In this document: positions 13,602 to 26,834 of the stretch, in pieces | Layout: each line of letters begins with the position of its first letter | Position numbering within the stretch: position 1 is the stretch's first letter | DNA from: Laetmonice hystrix | Taxonomy: Eukaryota | Length of the DNA stretch: 64,000 nt | Direction: 5' to 3' | NCBI GenBank assembly: GCA_965235115.1 | Contig: OZ249441.1 | Location: 4,402,001-4,466,000 of the forward strand | The notes under the pieces: generated by a model | Databases searched by the model: none | Told to the model about the DNA's origin: nothing | What the model saw: the letters and a program-made list of their open reading frames with translations, nothing else | Translations under genes and position numbers: made by a program

Positions 13602-13665
13602 CAGCAGGTAACTCAACAGTGCGGGCACTCCGAAGTGACCTGGCCAAATGCTGAATAAACTCCAT
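13602..13665 (-). CDS. HACE1: E3 ubiquitin ligase HACE1, first coding exon
   Basis: Encodes MEFIQHLARSLRSARTVELPA, matching the vertebrate HACE1 N-terminus as I recall it ([21 protein letters not shown]). Acceptor ttttTAG precedes 13671; GTGAGT donor follows 13602 (phase 1). Confidence 0.9.
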
Positions 13666-13821
13666 GTTTACCTAAAAACAGATGTTAAATTATCTTTGAA
13701 AACATTTCAGTTTTTAATGATTAACGTGACAGTTCAAGCTTCTTAGAGACACTTTTAAACAGAACACATGATGCAATTTGTTGCATTGTCAACATACCAG
13801 ATTTCATTTGCCTCTTGAGTG

Positions 13822-14152
13822 CAGGGGTCAAAAAATCCAACTTTTGGCCACTAGCCCAGACTAGGGTTGTGTTAAGTTGTACTAGTCCACCACTTTGAGC
13901 AGCTAGTCCACATATTTGCATACATTACATGGACTAGCTCACAGTTAGGTGTTAAAGGCCACTTAAAAATACAGCTCTGATAATAGGAACATCATCAAAA
14001 TCACACAAGGCTTACTATTCCTGGCATCATTATATTTTTCTCTGGTCCTGCATGTTGGACTAATTTAATGTACTTGCTTGGCTCTTGGAGATAGTCCAAC
14101 CTGAAAAAATGTTAGTCCCGGGCATCAAGACTACTGGATTTTCGGACCCCTG
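13822..14152. mobile_element. hAT-like MITE remnant
   Basis: Inverted ends caggggtcaaaaaatcca / tggattttcggacccctg. No intact TSD seen. Confidence 0.55.
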
Positions 14153-15125
14153 ATTTCTATAATGTCTGATATGGTTTGTTTCTGCAGCAGACTACGGATA
14201 TAATTATAATTGATTGGAGAGGTAAGTAAAGGTAGATTTTATTAGCTGTGGTACTCAGAATTCAAGAACTAATATATGATATTGCATGGATTGAGTGTTA
14301 AAAGAACTCCAATGCTCACTCACTAAATGGAATGCCTCTCTGCAGAGTCTGGGTCAATACCAATTTCTTTATTTCTGGGCTGATTGTAAGGAGCCTTATG
14401 AATATGAGGCTCAGGGGAATTTCTTTTTACAAGGAAAGAAAAAGAAAAAGAATTAGCAAAATAAAAATACTTTATTTGAAAACACCACTCAGTCTCTACG
14501 TCACAAGTGTGCTGTGTTGCCAGGGCTGTGACTGTCACATGCGACAGTTACAGTGGTACATGTGACAAATATAATCTCTACCAATGCATGACGGCAGTGA
14601 CAGCCTGCATAACATTATCCTTGTTAGATTGAGACCGGTGCCCTCAGGTGTGGCGTACTGTAGCTTCCGCCATACTGCCATACTGTACATACTGTACACA
14701 GCCATCTACCCGGCTTGGAGCCATCACTGACCGGGACTTGGATGCACCAAGTCCCGTCAGCAAGCAGTTGATCTATCGGTGTCCTGCCCCGATATTCCCG
14801 CGCACTGAACAAGGCTTCTTTTACCAGCATAAATCCAGCTAGTTTGACCTTGAGCAGTTTTCAATTTTGGATCGACACAGAAAATGTAGGCCCTACTTAG
14901 GCCTACAAATGTTTAGGGATTGGGTTTGATCAAATGCAATTTAAATAGGTACACAATCGTTTAAAGTACAATTGCTCGGGGCACGACAAGTCACGGGCAG
15001 AGAGACCAGCTGCCCAAAGTTCTGCACTCTCATGGCTATCGGCGCGTGCAAGTCCCGGGCAGTGACAGTTCCAACTTCCAAGCCGTGAAGGTGACTGAGC
15101 GGAATACAGTACGACGGAAGCTACA

Positions 15126-15438
15126 CGGTGTCTATCGAAATCGGCCGCCGCTCAAAATCGGCTGCGCGTAAGTTAGGGGCGGCCATATTCGACCAGGTGG
15201 TCGCAGTGGGTTGAAATCAGCTGGGCCTAGGCGGTTAAGGTTAAGGTTAGGCCTAGGGTTAGTGTTAGTAGGGTTAAGGTTTAGGTTAGGCCTAGGGTTA
15301 GTGTTAGTAGGGTTTAGGTTAGGCCTAGGGTTAGTGGTAGTTTAGTTCCGCGGGCGGCTACGCCGGCGGAGATGCCCGCATGCTACGCCCGCTCGTCAGT
15401 AGGTTATTACGGGCGGCCGATTTCGAGTAGTGAGACCA
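15126..15438. mobile_element. MITE with internal GGTTAG/GGTTAA repeats
   Basis: TIR tcgaaatcggccgcc (15135-15149) and ggcggccgatttcga (15412-15426) around degenerate ggttag/gggtta repeats. Confidence 0.65.
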
Positions 15439-16229
15439 AGCTACACACATGCTACACTAGTTAGTAACAGACTACAGACAGTAACGTTACAGTTAGCTAC
15501 AGTACAGTCAGTAGGCCTACTACTAGTTCAGTTTCCAAACGGTGTCTTCCAGAACATCGTTTAGTTGTCGAGTGACGCTGGCCTAGCGACTCATGGACGC
15601 TCTGCGAAGAGGTCCGTTATCGCAACTTTGCGGCCTTCGTTTTGGTATTAAACTTCTTCCACGGAGTATGAAATCGATTTTTATAGAGAGCCACGGTATT
15701 GAAATTTCTATTCCGACTTTGATTATAATTATTGGACAAATATAACGTCCACACGGTCCGGTTGTTTACGAGCATGTTGGGTCCGTAGGTCCGTCAGCCA
15801 TCTGCGGTGCACCGAGTGACCGGGAACTGATAAAAGTTAGATCGCTACTGGTACCCGAAACGGGTAGCTTCACTCTGTGCCGTCAGCGTCTGCTTGAACA
15901 GAGCGCGACCGACTTATGCGGTCCGTTCTGGATCCACTGTAGAGGTCGAAAATATGCACACGCGATAAACTGGGTCACCGCTCATCACCCGCGCTGCGCT
16001 GTATTTGACCAAACAAACTGAGAATTTCACCTACTAAGATAACATCCAACAAAATACATTTACGTATCTGTTGAAGTAACCTCTTTTGTGTACTCTCAGC
16101 AAGTTTCAGTGCCAAAAGTGGTCTGAAACATGACTTTGAGGCGATGATGCGCAATAGGACCGAGATAGAACCCCGGCAGCATAGCAGTCGCTGGCGCATT
16201 TGTACTCGACGGTCAGAGTCCGGGTGTCT

Positions 16230-16630
16230 GGACGTTTCGAGCGCGAACCAGTTCGAGCGCCGGCCACTTCGAGCGCCGACGCCGACCACTTCGAGCGCGA
16301 CTATTTCACAACTCGGCCTGTATTTCACAAGTTCCGTTCTCAGAAGTCAGCAAAAATTGTATCCCTATCTTTCGTATGACGATATTACTAGTGGCCATTA
16401 GTCATATTGCGACACTGACAGTGACAGTGTCCTCCCTACGGCCGCTCGAACGGGGCCGCGCTCAACTGGCCGCGCTCAGCGGTCTCGATCGAAATCTACC
16501 CCCGACGAGCGGGCGTAGCACGCGGGCGGCTCCGCCGACGGAGGCCCGCTCAACTGGTCGGTGCTCAAACTGGTTCGCGCTCGAACTGGCAATGGAGCAG
16601 CGCTCGAACTGGTACGCGCTCGAAACGTCC
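16230..16630. mobile_element. MITE with repeated ttcgagcgc subterminal motifs
   Basis: TIR ggacgtttcgagcgcg(a/t)accagttcgagcgc, inverted at both ends. Confidence 0.7.
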
Positions 16631-18814
16631 TGGGACCAGAGTCCGTATGGACGTAAGGACTAGGACTCTGACTTGTTGGAGTAGCCTACTACTCTACAGG
16701 CTACACCACAGTACGCCACACCGGCTCCGAGCTATCGTTAGACAGATCAGAGCCTCTAGAACTATATCATCTACTACTCTGCTCCCGTTCGACTGGCTGC
16801 CGGGCCCGAGCGCGCCTCAATTATCCAGACCTTCGGGCTCAGCCCACCTGACCACACTGTGGTGTCGAGACGGGTAACAGCAGCGTTGTGCGTGCCGTCA
16901 AACTGCTCTATTATCGCTCACTCGATCGTTGCAGACGAGACGGTGCACTCGGTACGATGGTCAGCGCACCGACACTAAGTATCTCACACCACAGTGACCG
17001 GAGGTATTTTCTCTTCACCCCGAGAACGGCCAACATAAACACACCTGCTAGCTGACATTATAATCTACACTTACATCCACTCTCTGTCATTCCGGGATGT
17101 TGTTTTGGTTTGTCTGCATCTCCATTCTCGCGTTTTCTCGCGTGATGATCCAACTTGGGATCAGTCTTTATTCTCTTCACTTAATAATGTGGCGGTGAAC
17201 AGAAAGTCGGATACATTCCAAGAACTGCTTCTTATGAGGGTGAGGGTGTGATCATAATAGTGTAGCCCCCCTACTACTTTAAAATGTTATTTTGCAAGAC
17301 TTATAGTTATAGAAGACACTGCCACTGGAGCCGGATCGAGAGGCGCAGTTTACAATGTCATATTTAATAATCGAAATTATTAAAACCAAACGCTGAACAG
17401 CAGTCAGCCAGGTTAGACCTGTGTGTGATGATCCGGGAGGAAGCGTCCTGTGGAGGGAGGGGAGGATTTAAACCCGTTTGTGATTATTTTCGGGGGTTGG
17501 GGTTGGGGGGGGGGGCGCTCTGATCAGTTGGCTTTCCCGTAAGCCGGGAGGTGGCGCTACCGGCTAAATACGGCCGGTCGACTCGGGTGACAGTCACAAC
17601 TGACGTGTGAGTCATAACCCCGATCTGCAGAGTATAACACGTTAGTCCATTTGAGAAATTTAGAAGATAAAGGGAACGTGATCGATGTACCCCGTACCGT
17701 AAGTCCTCTAAACTGCTGAAGCTGCAATACAATAACTGAAGAAGGCCTAACGTCAACGGGAAGCACTGGCTAATAACGAGGTGTCTGACACCACTGCCTG
17801 GGGCTGGGTTTCTTGACAATGACGGCAGCCACGTGCGACGTATGCATGACAGACTACTTGGACTTGGCCTTGGGGGAAGCCAGAAATTTGAGGTGTAAAT
17901 TGGTGGCATTTTGTGCATCTTAAGACATATTATAAGAGTACAAAATAAGGTCTGAAATGACACGTCAAAAGTAATACTTTTCAAGGCCTTGATTATGGAG
18001 GGGGTGGGGGTGGTTACAGGGGGTACCCTAGAACCCCCCCCCCCCCCCGGGCCCTGCACACGGCCCTAGCTTTCGCCTGGAATTTCATTCGCCCCTCTCT
18101 CCCCCCCCCCCAAAAAAAAAATCAACTCTTTCCCCCTCTTGCCCTGCCCCCCCCCCCCCCCCCCCAAAAAAGAAACTAAGCAAAAATCCTATAGTTACGG
18201 CACTGCCGATACTGGCCTTTGATATTCATGAGCACTATAGCCTGCTGAGTACTATAATACAGGCCCTATAACATAAGTTACCAGGAGCGGAGTGGGATGG
18301 TAGGGGGAGGATGGGGTTCGGGGGTTCGAACCCCCATTGCATTGGCAACCAATTCTTTTTGTTTCCCCGATAGAACTTTGTGAATTGACCAGGCTGAGCC
18401 CCCTCCCTTTAATAGCAAATTCTAACCCTTTAATTCCCATTTCTATTAGGAATGATGGAGGAAACACATGAATGCCCACAAGGTGACTCCAGGCAAGTCG
18501 ACCAACTCGATCCTCAACGTAAGTCTGTGTGAAAGAATGATCTCTAATAGGTTAAAAAAAAGTAGCTCTAGTATAGAGTGTCACAGATTGGGAGAGGTCG
18601 AGAGAGGAAACGTGTAACTAGGCCTAGATAATGTTAAAGTGATGGGCACTGAGCCAGAGGTTTGTGAAGGAGATGACCTATGATCAGCAGTGCCCCAAAT
18701 GGTACCCGGACCAATGCTCGCTTATAATACGGTCCATGCAAGAATATAGGACAAGAATTAATGATCTGGTAGCATTAACAAAGGGAGAACTAATTAAATC
18801 AGTTTCTATTTCAG

Positions 18815-19111
18815 TTAAATCATACATTCAGGTTGCAAAGGTTGGCGTGGCCATTGCTATTATCAAAACAGCGCCTCAAGGTGTCAGTGGTCGAGAGTAT
18901 GCGCAAGAACTTTGTGAACGCTTCCGGCGGGGTCAGTTGAACTGGAAGACCAAGGCTGAGAAACTACGGCTTCAGGTCCTCAGCCTGCAGCAGCAGATCT
19001 TCCAGCTGGAACACAGTGGACGGAGTGAAGATATCCAGCAGGAATCTGACGTGGAATATGGACAACATGATGATAGTGACCAAGATCATGCAGGAATGGA
19101 TGGAATACTTT
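18815..19111 (+). CDS. MEI4: Meiosis-specific protein MEI4, N-terminal conserved exon (3' boundary uncertain)
   Basis: Acceptor tttctatttCAG. Encodes KSYIQVAKVGVAIAIIKTAPQGVSGREYAQELCERFRRGQLNWKTKAEKLRLQVLSLQQQI, which aligns with the recalled human MEI4 KWYLRTSKLALALAIIRSKPADKSSREYTEHLAMLLSEEQSKWRSKVEILEAEVMQLRQKL. Phase-1 donor could be at 19024, 19075 or 19111. Confidence 0.85.
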
Positions 19112-19379
19112 GTGTTACTTATTTTAAACGCCGAAATGTCGCAAAAGAAAGAAAGCTAATGCCATATAAAAGAGCCCAGTGTTCAGTTTTTTTTGCCAAT
19201 AAACCCGCTGAAAGGATTCCCAGCAAGGGCCCTATATAGACTGATGTGTGCTTCAGCCGGCGTGGTCTATTAAATGTATCCGGACCTGAGAACATATCCT
19301 GTAAATGAACCCTGGTATTATACAAGTTCGCGCCAATAATCATCCGTATATAAGTATGTATGTTGCCATTTGTTTACAG

Positions 19380-19582
19380 ATGCTAGTGTATCAGAAAGTG
19401 CGTGCAGTGCCTTGGTTCCCATGTGGCCGTCCCTGGTCGACCAGGGCGGGGAGCTCGAGGCGTCTCTCTCTGGTCATGTCCACTTCCTCCAAGGTGTACT
19501 CCGTCTGAGGTCATGGACAGTAGCCACGGCACAGGGTGGTGACCCTGGCCTCGCCTCGGTCTCCAAGCAGACAGTCACCGAG
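19380..19582 (+). CDS. MEI4: MEI4 internal exon
   Basis: Acceptor tttgtttaCAG and donor GTAAGG. Contains LSGHVHFLQGVLRLR, similar to recalled human LSSHMQFLQYLLELK. Phase 1->0. Confidence 0.82.
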
Positions 19583-19758
19583 GTAAGGAGCATGGTCGAA
19601 TCCAGATACTTGTAGGTGTGGATCGTTTGTTTGGGAGGGCGGGGAGGCAACCCTAATTGTGTCTGGGAAGCGTCCAGGGGTGGGGGTGGAGGTGGGGGTG
19701 GAGGTGGGGGTGGGAGTGGAACCCGCCGATTAAATATTCTTTCAATATTTGGAGGCAG

Positions 19759-19965
19759 GCTATTTCTGTGGTGAGTAGAAGTGTGAGGAATGGCAGCAAA
19801 GACTCGGCCCTGTCCGGGACCATCCTTCACCATGCCGTACAGACAGTGGCCCAGTTCGCAGAAAGCCCAGCGGCCCAACCCATCTGGACCACCGTATCCG
19901 AGGCCGTCGGCCATCTGCTCCAAGATCTCCTGGAGGTTATTCTTACTGACAGTCGCTTGAATCAG
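19759..19965 (+). CDS. MEI4: MEI4 internal exon
   Basis: 207-nt phase 0->0 exon with donor GTGAGA. Ends LLQDLLEVILTDSRLNQ (recalled human: LLHAILGNNHINQ). Confidence 0.78.
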
Positions 19966-21533
19966 GTGAGACAAAAGAAATCAGAGATTCGCAGTTTGAA
20001 ACAGTAGTGATTACTTTCTTTATTTCGTTTTCCATTAACAAGCTTCAAGTTCCTAAAATGTCTCATCGGAGAGTTTTAAAATATGTACCTGTATTGCAGT
20101 GAAACTGTTAATTGTGGTGTCATTGAATGGTTCCAGTTTTAAGATGGGCCATTCGGTGGTAATAAGGAGCTGGGAAGGCACACATAGCCATATCGCAGCC
20201 CCGATTCTTCATCATGTCCCTCCTTCCCATCTAAATAATCTCCCAGCCAGATGGTGAAGGACTGCGTCTACTTTGTCTTTGGTGACTTACACCAATGATG
20301 AATATGCATCAAGCGCCGGTATAGTTGCTGCGTTATAACAATTTGTCAATGGCAGGTCACAAATATACGCTTATTATTCCGAGATGCTCGAATTTACCCC
20401 GACGTATATTTTTCCTAACACGGTAATTCCGGGAGGATTCCATTCATGATAGGGCCACTTCGCCCCTTTGTGAGGGCTTTGTTAGGGGAGGGGTTATTAT
20501 CAAGGACGGGTACTAGATGCAGGTAAGTTATATATATATATTACTTCTATCTGACCTGTTGCACTGTTACGCCGGACGGCCCTAACTTCCTCACGTCTAG
20601 ATCTGTATTACAAGTATCTATCTGACTGATATTATACTATGTTATACTAATATAGTCTAATATAGATACTGGAGATATATATCCTCATGTGTTTACAAAC
20701 GCTGTAGGCCCTATTGTTGGAAGCGTTGTCCATCTCTGAACTGCCAGGACTGGAGGCCACGCTCCATCAGACATGAAATGTGGTCATCACGACCCGTGTT
20801 GACTAAAGCCATTGATCTCAAATGGTAGCCTCGCGACGGCCTGATGCAATCAGCACAGACGCCAGTGCACTAGGAAGAGAGCGAGAAGACATCCATTTCG
20901 CGGATTCCATGCAAATGGGGGCCACAACGGTAGAGTGCAATTGTGCAAATGTCATGCAATTACGACAGCGGCCGAGTACAAATGAGATGACTTGAGGCTC
21001 GAGCCTGATTGTTTTAGCTTATGGCGTGCCGACAAAATGCAAAGGTCGATGGATTTTGAGCAGAATGGTTGCGGCAAGTCCTCCGTCACCGAGAGGATGT
21101 CTTGTTAGTATCTACACAACGTTGTTTTTTATGATACCAGAAAAACAACACCAACCTTTCGAACCGCGAATTGTTTGGATGGTGACCCTAGCTACGTTTG
21201 TATTAGTTTTTTTTGTGGGATTTTATGAAGCAGCATGACCTGCTTGCGTACCGAATACCTGGGCGGCCTGGTAAGGGCATTCACGGAATATGACTTGCCC
21301 GACGATCTCCAATCTTTTCATGTTTCTCTATATGTGATGTTTCAGCGACTCAACCGTTTCTATAGCAATGCCCACCCACCTCGTCTTATAAAATATTTCA
21401 GAAAAATGTCAACATATTTCCCAGACCGTTAATTTTCAATCCACACGTACATAGACGATGTGTCACATTGTGGAGGACATCCTCTGTGTAACCCTAACGT
21501 GTTATATCATAAATTATATTTATACGTTCACAG

Positions 21534-21908
21534 CGGAAGCGTGACCAAACTGTCCGTGACCTTGTCCTCACGATAGGCACGTCTTCAAGGTTACGTCACG
21601 GGGTCATGCTCCTACTGACGCGTTACGTCACGGAATACTCCTCCGTCCTGCGCAGGGTGAAGCGCCACCAAGCGGACTTTAATCCGGTCGCATTTGAAGG
21701 TATATACCACGTGTTGTGGTGTCTGGAACAACTGCTCCGGCGCGAGCGACGAGAGCCAACAGGCGCGGCAGAGGGCGCCACCGTCAAACTTATCCAGGTG
21801 CAGCTGGAGGAATCGCTTTTGCACATTTCGACGGAATTCCCGCTTTTTGCCATGTATGTATGGCACATCGGAGGGCTGGTGGAGGAATTGATGGCAAACC
21901 CACCCTAG
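21534..21908 (+). CDS. MEI4: MEI4 terminal coding exon
   Basis: Acceptor tacgttcaCAG, phase 0. Contains FEGIYHVLWCLEQLL and ESLLHISTEFPLFAMYVWHIGGL, similar to recalled human YENIFYLFWVLEQLL and ETIFQLSDAFPLFTFYLWRVGIL. Ends in TAG; AATAAA lies near 22148. Confidence 0.88.
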   Translation, partial: RKRDQTVRDLVLTIGTSSRLRHGVMLLLTRYVTEYSSVLRRVKRHQADFNPVAFEGIYHVLWCLEQLLRRERREPTGAAEGATVKLIQVQLEESLLHISTEFPLFAMYVWHIGGLVEELMANPP

Positions 21909-23339
21909 GTTTCTACACGGCTCTGTGGAGGACACGATCTTTCAGACTGCAGAAGTGTATACATGAGATAAATGTAAATAACGGTGAAAGCTTACTACAA
22001 TATTAAAGGAGATTGGACTATTAAAATGATAGTAACGTTACTACGGGATCCAGAGACCGCAAGAGTTAAGCGAATTCTACCTTTCTGTGAAACCAAATGG
22101 TCCAGTCACGTGGTCCACGTATGTTTTGCACTACCATGATGTCATTTAATAAACGAAATTGACCGCGTATTAATGTCAATCTGAATTTACAATATATGTT
22201 TTGCACCTTGTAGTTTGGCATGAGATGTAGAGGCCATTCCTTCCTTTACCTTGCCTCATTATAAAGGGTCTAGCCGCCCATCATTTAACATGAAAGCTAT
22301 ACTTGATGTAGAGTCTAGGGCTGAACCACATCTATAGACGCACCAATCAATTATAGTGTTATTATGGTGTTAATGTAGCCAACATGCATCCACAAGGCTT
22401 AGCGTACGGGAACTGACGCGTGCAGCGCTGCAGATGGTCAGCTGGCAACTCATTAGAACAGGCCCTTAATTACGCAGCTCATTAGCATTGTCGCCCATTG
22501 CCTGTTACGTAATCAGAGACGATTATGTAAGCATTATCCGCGTAAGGAGTCCCTCTGGAATAACGTCCCGTGAAATTATCATTTTAAGCCTTGACATGCA
22601 GGATGTTATCAGGCCATGCAGACAGGGGTCTGCAATTAGACTCGACAATCCATAATTCTGAAATTATGAAACGTAGTTTTGGTTCATAGTTAAATTTAGG
22701 CCTATTACATATAAAATTATTGCTCTCATAATGACTGACTTGCTGTTATCTTAACTTTTTGTTAAATTGTCAATGGGTGCCGTCCAAGGAACAGGGTGCG
22801 AATACAACCCAATCATATACCTAAATGTAGTCAGATGCAAAGCACTGTTTAGTCACAGTAGACGTAACTTTATTGAGATATTAATTATTAGTTATTTTCT
22901 AAGATCAATATTTTGCTATTCCTGTGACGAGTAAGCCATCAGAATGTGGATGCTCTGTGTATCACAGTATCAGTATCTCCCCGAGTGGATACAAAACCTG
23001 ACGATGTCCCTATAAAGTAAGGCTCGTGACATTTGGGTTTGAAATGTCTCTGTCCTAATTCCCAAAGGCGGTGTCATTGTTCAGGTTGAGAGGTTACATC
23101 GACTGGTATTCAGATGAGGTTTCAGCAGGACTTCAAACGTCTTCATTTTTGTCCGTGTAATGTTTTTGTGGTTGGTGATTAGACTCATCAGGACACCTTG
23201 GTGCAGCCCGGTTCAGGATGCGGTAATCTCGGGTTTTCATTTCAGTGGCTGGAAATAAAGCGGCTGAAAAGACCTGGTTTGATCTGGTTTCTTTGTCCAA
23301 TGCTGGGCGGGACGATGTTTACAAGAGACATGGTAGCAC

Positions 23340-24285
23340 CTGTCAGGCAGAGTTGGATCCAGAAATCAACCTGGTATCATGTCAGGCAGACACGGATCCA
23401 GGAATCAACCTGGTATCATGTCAGGCAGAGTCGGATCCAGGAATCAACCTGGTATCATGTCAGGCAGACACGGATCCAGGAATCAACCTGGTATCATGTC
23501 AGGCAGAGTCGGATCCAGGAATCAACCTGGTATCATGTCAGGCAGACACGGATCCAGGAATCAAACTGGTATCATGTCAGGCAGAGTCGGATCCAGGAAT
23601 CAACCTGGTATGTCAGGCAGAGTCGGATCCAGGAATCAACCTGGTATCATGTCAGGCAGATTCGGATCCAGGAATCAACCTGGTATTATGTCAGGCAGAG
23701 TTTAATCCAGGAATCAACCTGGTATCATGTCAGGCAGACACGGATCCAGGAATCAACCTGGTATCATGTCAGGCAGAGTTGAATCCAGGAATCAACCTGG
23801 TATGTCAGGCAGAGTCGGATCCAGGAATCAACCTGGTATCACGTCAGGCAGAGTTGGATCCAGGAATCAACCTGGTATGTCAGGCAGAGTTGGATCCAGG
23901 AATCAACCTGGTATTATGTCAGGCAGAGTCGGATCCAGGAATCAACCTGGTATCATGTCAGGCAGACACGGATCCAGGAATCAACCTGGTATCATGTCAG
24001 GCAGAGTTGGATCCAGGAATCAACCTGGTATCATGTCAGGCAGAGTTGGATCCAGGAATCAACCTGGTATCATGTCAGGCAGAGTTGGATCCAGGAATCA
24101 ACCTGGTATGTCAGGCAGAGTTGGATCCAGGAATCAACCTGGTATTATGTCAGGCAGAGTTGGATCCAGGAATCAACCTGGTATCATGTCAGGCAGAGTT
24201 GGATCCAGGAATCAACCTGGTATCATGTCAGGCAGAGTTGGATCCAGGAATCAACCTGGTATCATGTCAGGCAGAGCCGGATCCT
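23340..24285. repeat. 39/36-bp minisatellite, ~25 copies
   Basis: Unit tgtcaggcagagttggatccaggaatcaacctggtatca. Confidence 0.96.
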
Positions 24286-24469
24286 GGAATCTTGAAAGTG
24301 GCATCCCCGATACGTGAATCCTCTCACGGGTCTGTCCGCGGTAAAACAATTAAAGTGGCAAATGCGTTTTTCTGGCATCCGCATCACACAATCCACGGTT
24401 AAATCTATCATCACTTCCAACTGCAGTTAGAGGTCACCTCCCTATAATCGCCTCTCTTCGATGCTGCAA

Positions 24470-24625
24470 GTGTGAGCTGATATGCCAGTATTGAGCTGAT
24501 ATACCAGTGTGAGCTGATATGCCAGTGTGAGCTGATATGCCAGTGTGAGCTGATAGGCCATTGTGAGCTGCCAGTGTGAGCTGATATGCCAGTGTGAGCT
24601 GCCAGGGTGAGCTGCCATATGCCAG
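24470..24625. repeat. ~18-bp degenerate tandem repeat
   Basis: Unit gtgtgagctgatatgcca, ~8 copies. Confidence 0.85.
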
Positions 24626-26834
24626 TATGAGAATTATGTCAGTTATATGCACATCCAGTATAGACTGTCTTGTGTTATAAGCGGCCAAGCTCATGGTAGA
24701 CATAAGCGTTCACCTGGTATATTGCATGTCCCAGTTGCTGAAGGGAACTTCCGCTATTTCTGTAAAACCTACCATTTACGGCCATTTACTGAAGAGGCTC
24801 TGCAGGCCGTAGATCTAAATTTGTGAAATCTGTTCCTCTCTAAAGGATTCATTCCTACTATCATAAGAATTTCCACTGCCTTTTCCCCCATTCCCTATAG
24901 TTATAACTATATAGCCCTGGATGCGTTTAACTATGGAAGAAACGTTGTTTTATGAATAAAGGATTTTTATTCAGAAATAGAACGGCCACATGCAGGATAC
25001 ACCTAATGGGTTCTATTCGGTAAACGGTATTTATTGTGGAATGGTCTGTAGGCCACGACCTCGAACCTGACTTTTCTTAGTGTGGAAAAATTCAAAGTGA
25101 ACGATGGGAGAAGCAGGCGTTTATTAGCCTCATTTCCTTGTTTCTTATAGAAAACTGTGCCGCATGGAACCGCGACCAGTGATGGCAAAGCACGAAGGAA
25201 ACACTTATAACCTATTGTGCTGATTATCAATGCGGCTGGCCTCGATAATTTGATATAGAAACGCTAGGAGTGCGGATCGGACCAAATATTCCAGGGGCCA
25301 TGAAATGCTGCCACAAACGCTCACAACGACGCTCGTCTCGTTTTTTAACCAATAGTGTTTACACACGTTTACATGTTTTCACATGACGTGCATATTAAGC
25401 CGTCCGCGCGCATCTTTTCAGAATAGGACAGATTGAAAGTAAATTCGCGCCTCAGCAACATCCGAGATGGTGCATGGCCAGTCTCAGTGTTAGAGAAAAT
25501 GTAGCTGCATTGAGTAGGCCTACTCGAGGAATAAAACACAGAGTCTGCATTAAGTAGAAATAAACAAGGGAATTGGTGTTCAGAAAAACCAACGTTCCAA
25601 TCATTGTCGAGCCAGTGTCATCCCTTGACCATGAAGTTGTCTTAATCAAACATTCTTCGTGCATGTTGAAACAGTGGTCGGGAGTGAACGGACATGTTGT
25701 CCCTAGGCTGACCTGTTCAAAGGATAACTTCCCCAGGCATTAAGTCTGTGCCGTTCTGTAGCGAATTCTCTTATCGGACACTAATGACATTCTCCTCTGT
25801 TTGATGACCCGGATGAATGCGTGGACGTGTCTGGTGTTCAGAAAACATCCCCTCAATGTAGAAACAGTAGACAGTCATTGTACAAAGCCAGACATCTCAA
25901 GGTCTTCAGGGAATGAATGAACATTTTAGCGTGGACTGATCGACCACGAGATGTAAGTCTAATTCTACAAATAAGCCATGCATTTTCAAAATGGTGGCGA
26001 AAAATTGATTCTATAACGTATACACTGCATGGGAATTAGTAACTTTTAGATCTTATACTTGTACTGCACATTTAGTAGATATGTGTCCCAGGTCTCTGTA
26101 TCTCAGACGGTAGGCCTATAGATAATGGTTTAGATAATACTGAAGGACGATGACGGTACCCTGTACTGTTATCACATGTAAATTCTTCCCTTGTACTATA
26201 TGGCACGGCCCCACCTGCCAGATCTCCGCCATTTTTGTCAGCCTACACCAGACCGTCTACCAGGGACCGTGTTTCAACGGCCACGCCGCTTCTAACATTA
26301 TTTTTATGGAATACCCAGAAAATTTTAAAATATCCCCTTAAAGTCTACGATATGATGCCATCTGTACGACATTGGGCCCGGACAATCATCATGTCAGCCA
26401 ACAGTCTCGTAAAGTGTGATCTAGGGCCCCACGCAGACGATCCGCTGCAGCACGGGTTTGCATGTTTAGTCTTGATGGAGGGAAATGCCGGATGGAACAT
26501 AAAGGTATAAACGAAACGGAAAGTGCTCGGAACGACAGAGCGGCACGCCAGCAGGAGAACCTCTCAATGGTTATGGTCGCATTGAATGGATAACGGTCAG
26601 CAAATACGACCATATGTAATGGGAACCCCAGCTGTACCAGTGAGCCGCCGACTGGGGGATATTACTATGTCTGCATGCATCTTATATGGGCAAATAGATA
26701 GACAACTGAGCGCAGAGCCCACACGAAATAATTAGGCCTACACTATAAACGAAACGTTTTCTTTTGGAGTTTAATTCAGGAATATAAATATCTGCAGCAT
26801 GAAAACAGAATGAGTGATACGTCCGTTACGGGTA

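Noticed and set aside
18664-18814. In-frame N-terminal extension of MEI4 (MTYDQQCPKWY...)
   Set aside because: Homology starts at a good acceptor at 18814, and the upstream part looks intronic. Not fully excluded.
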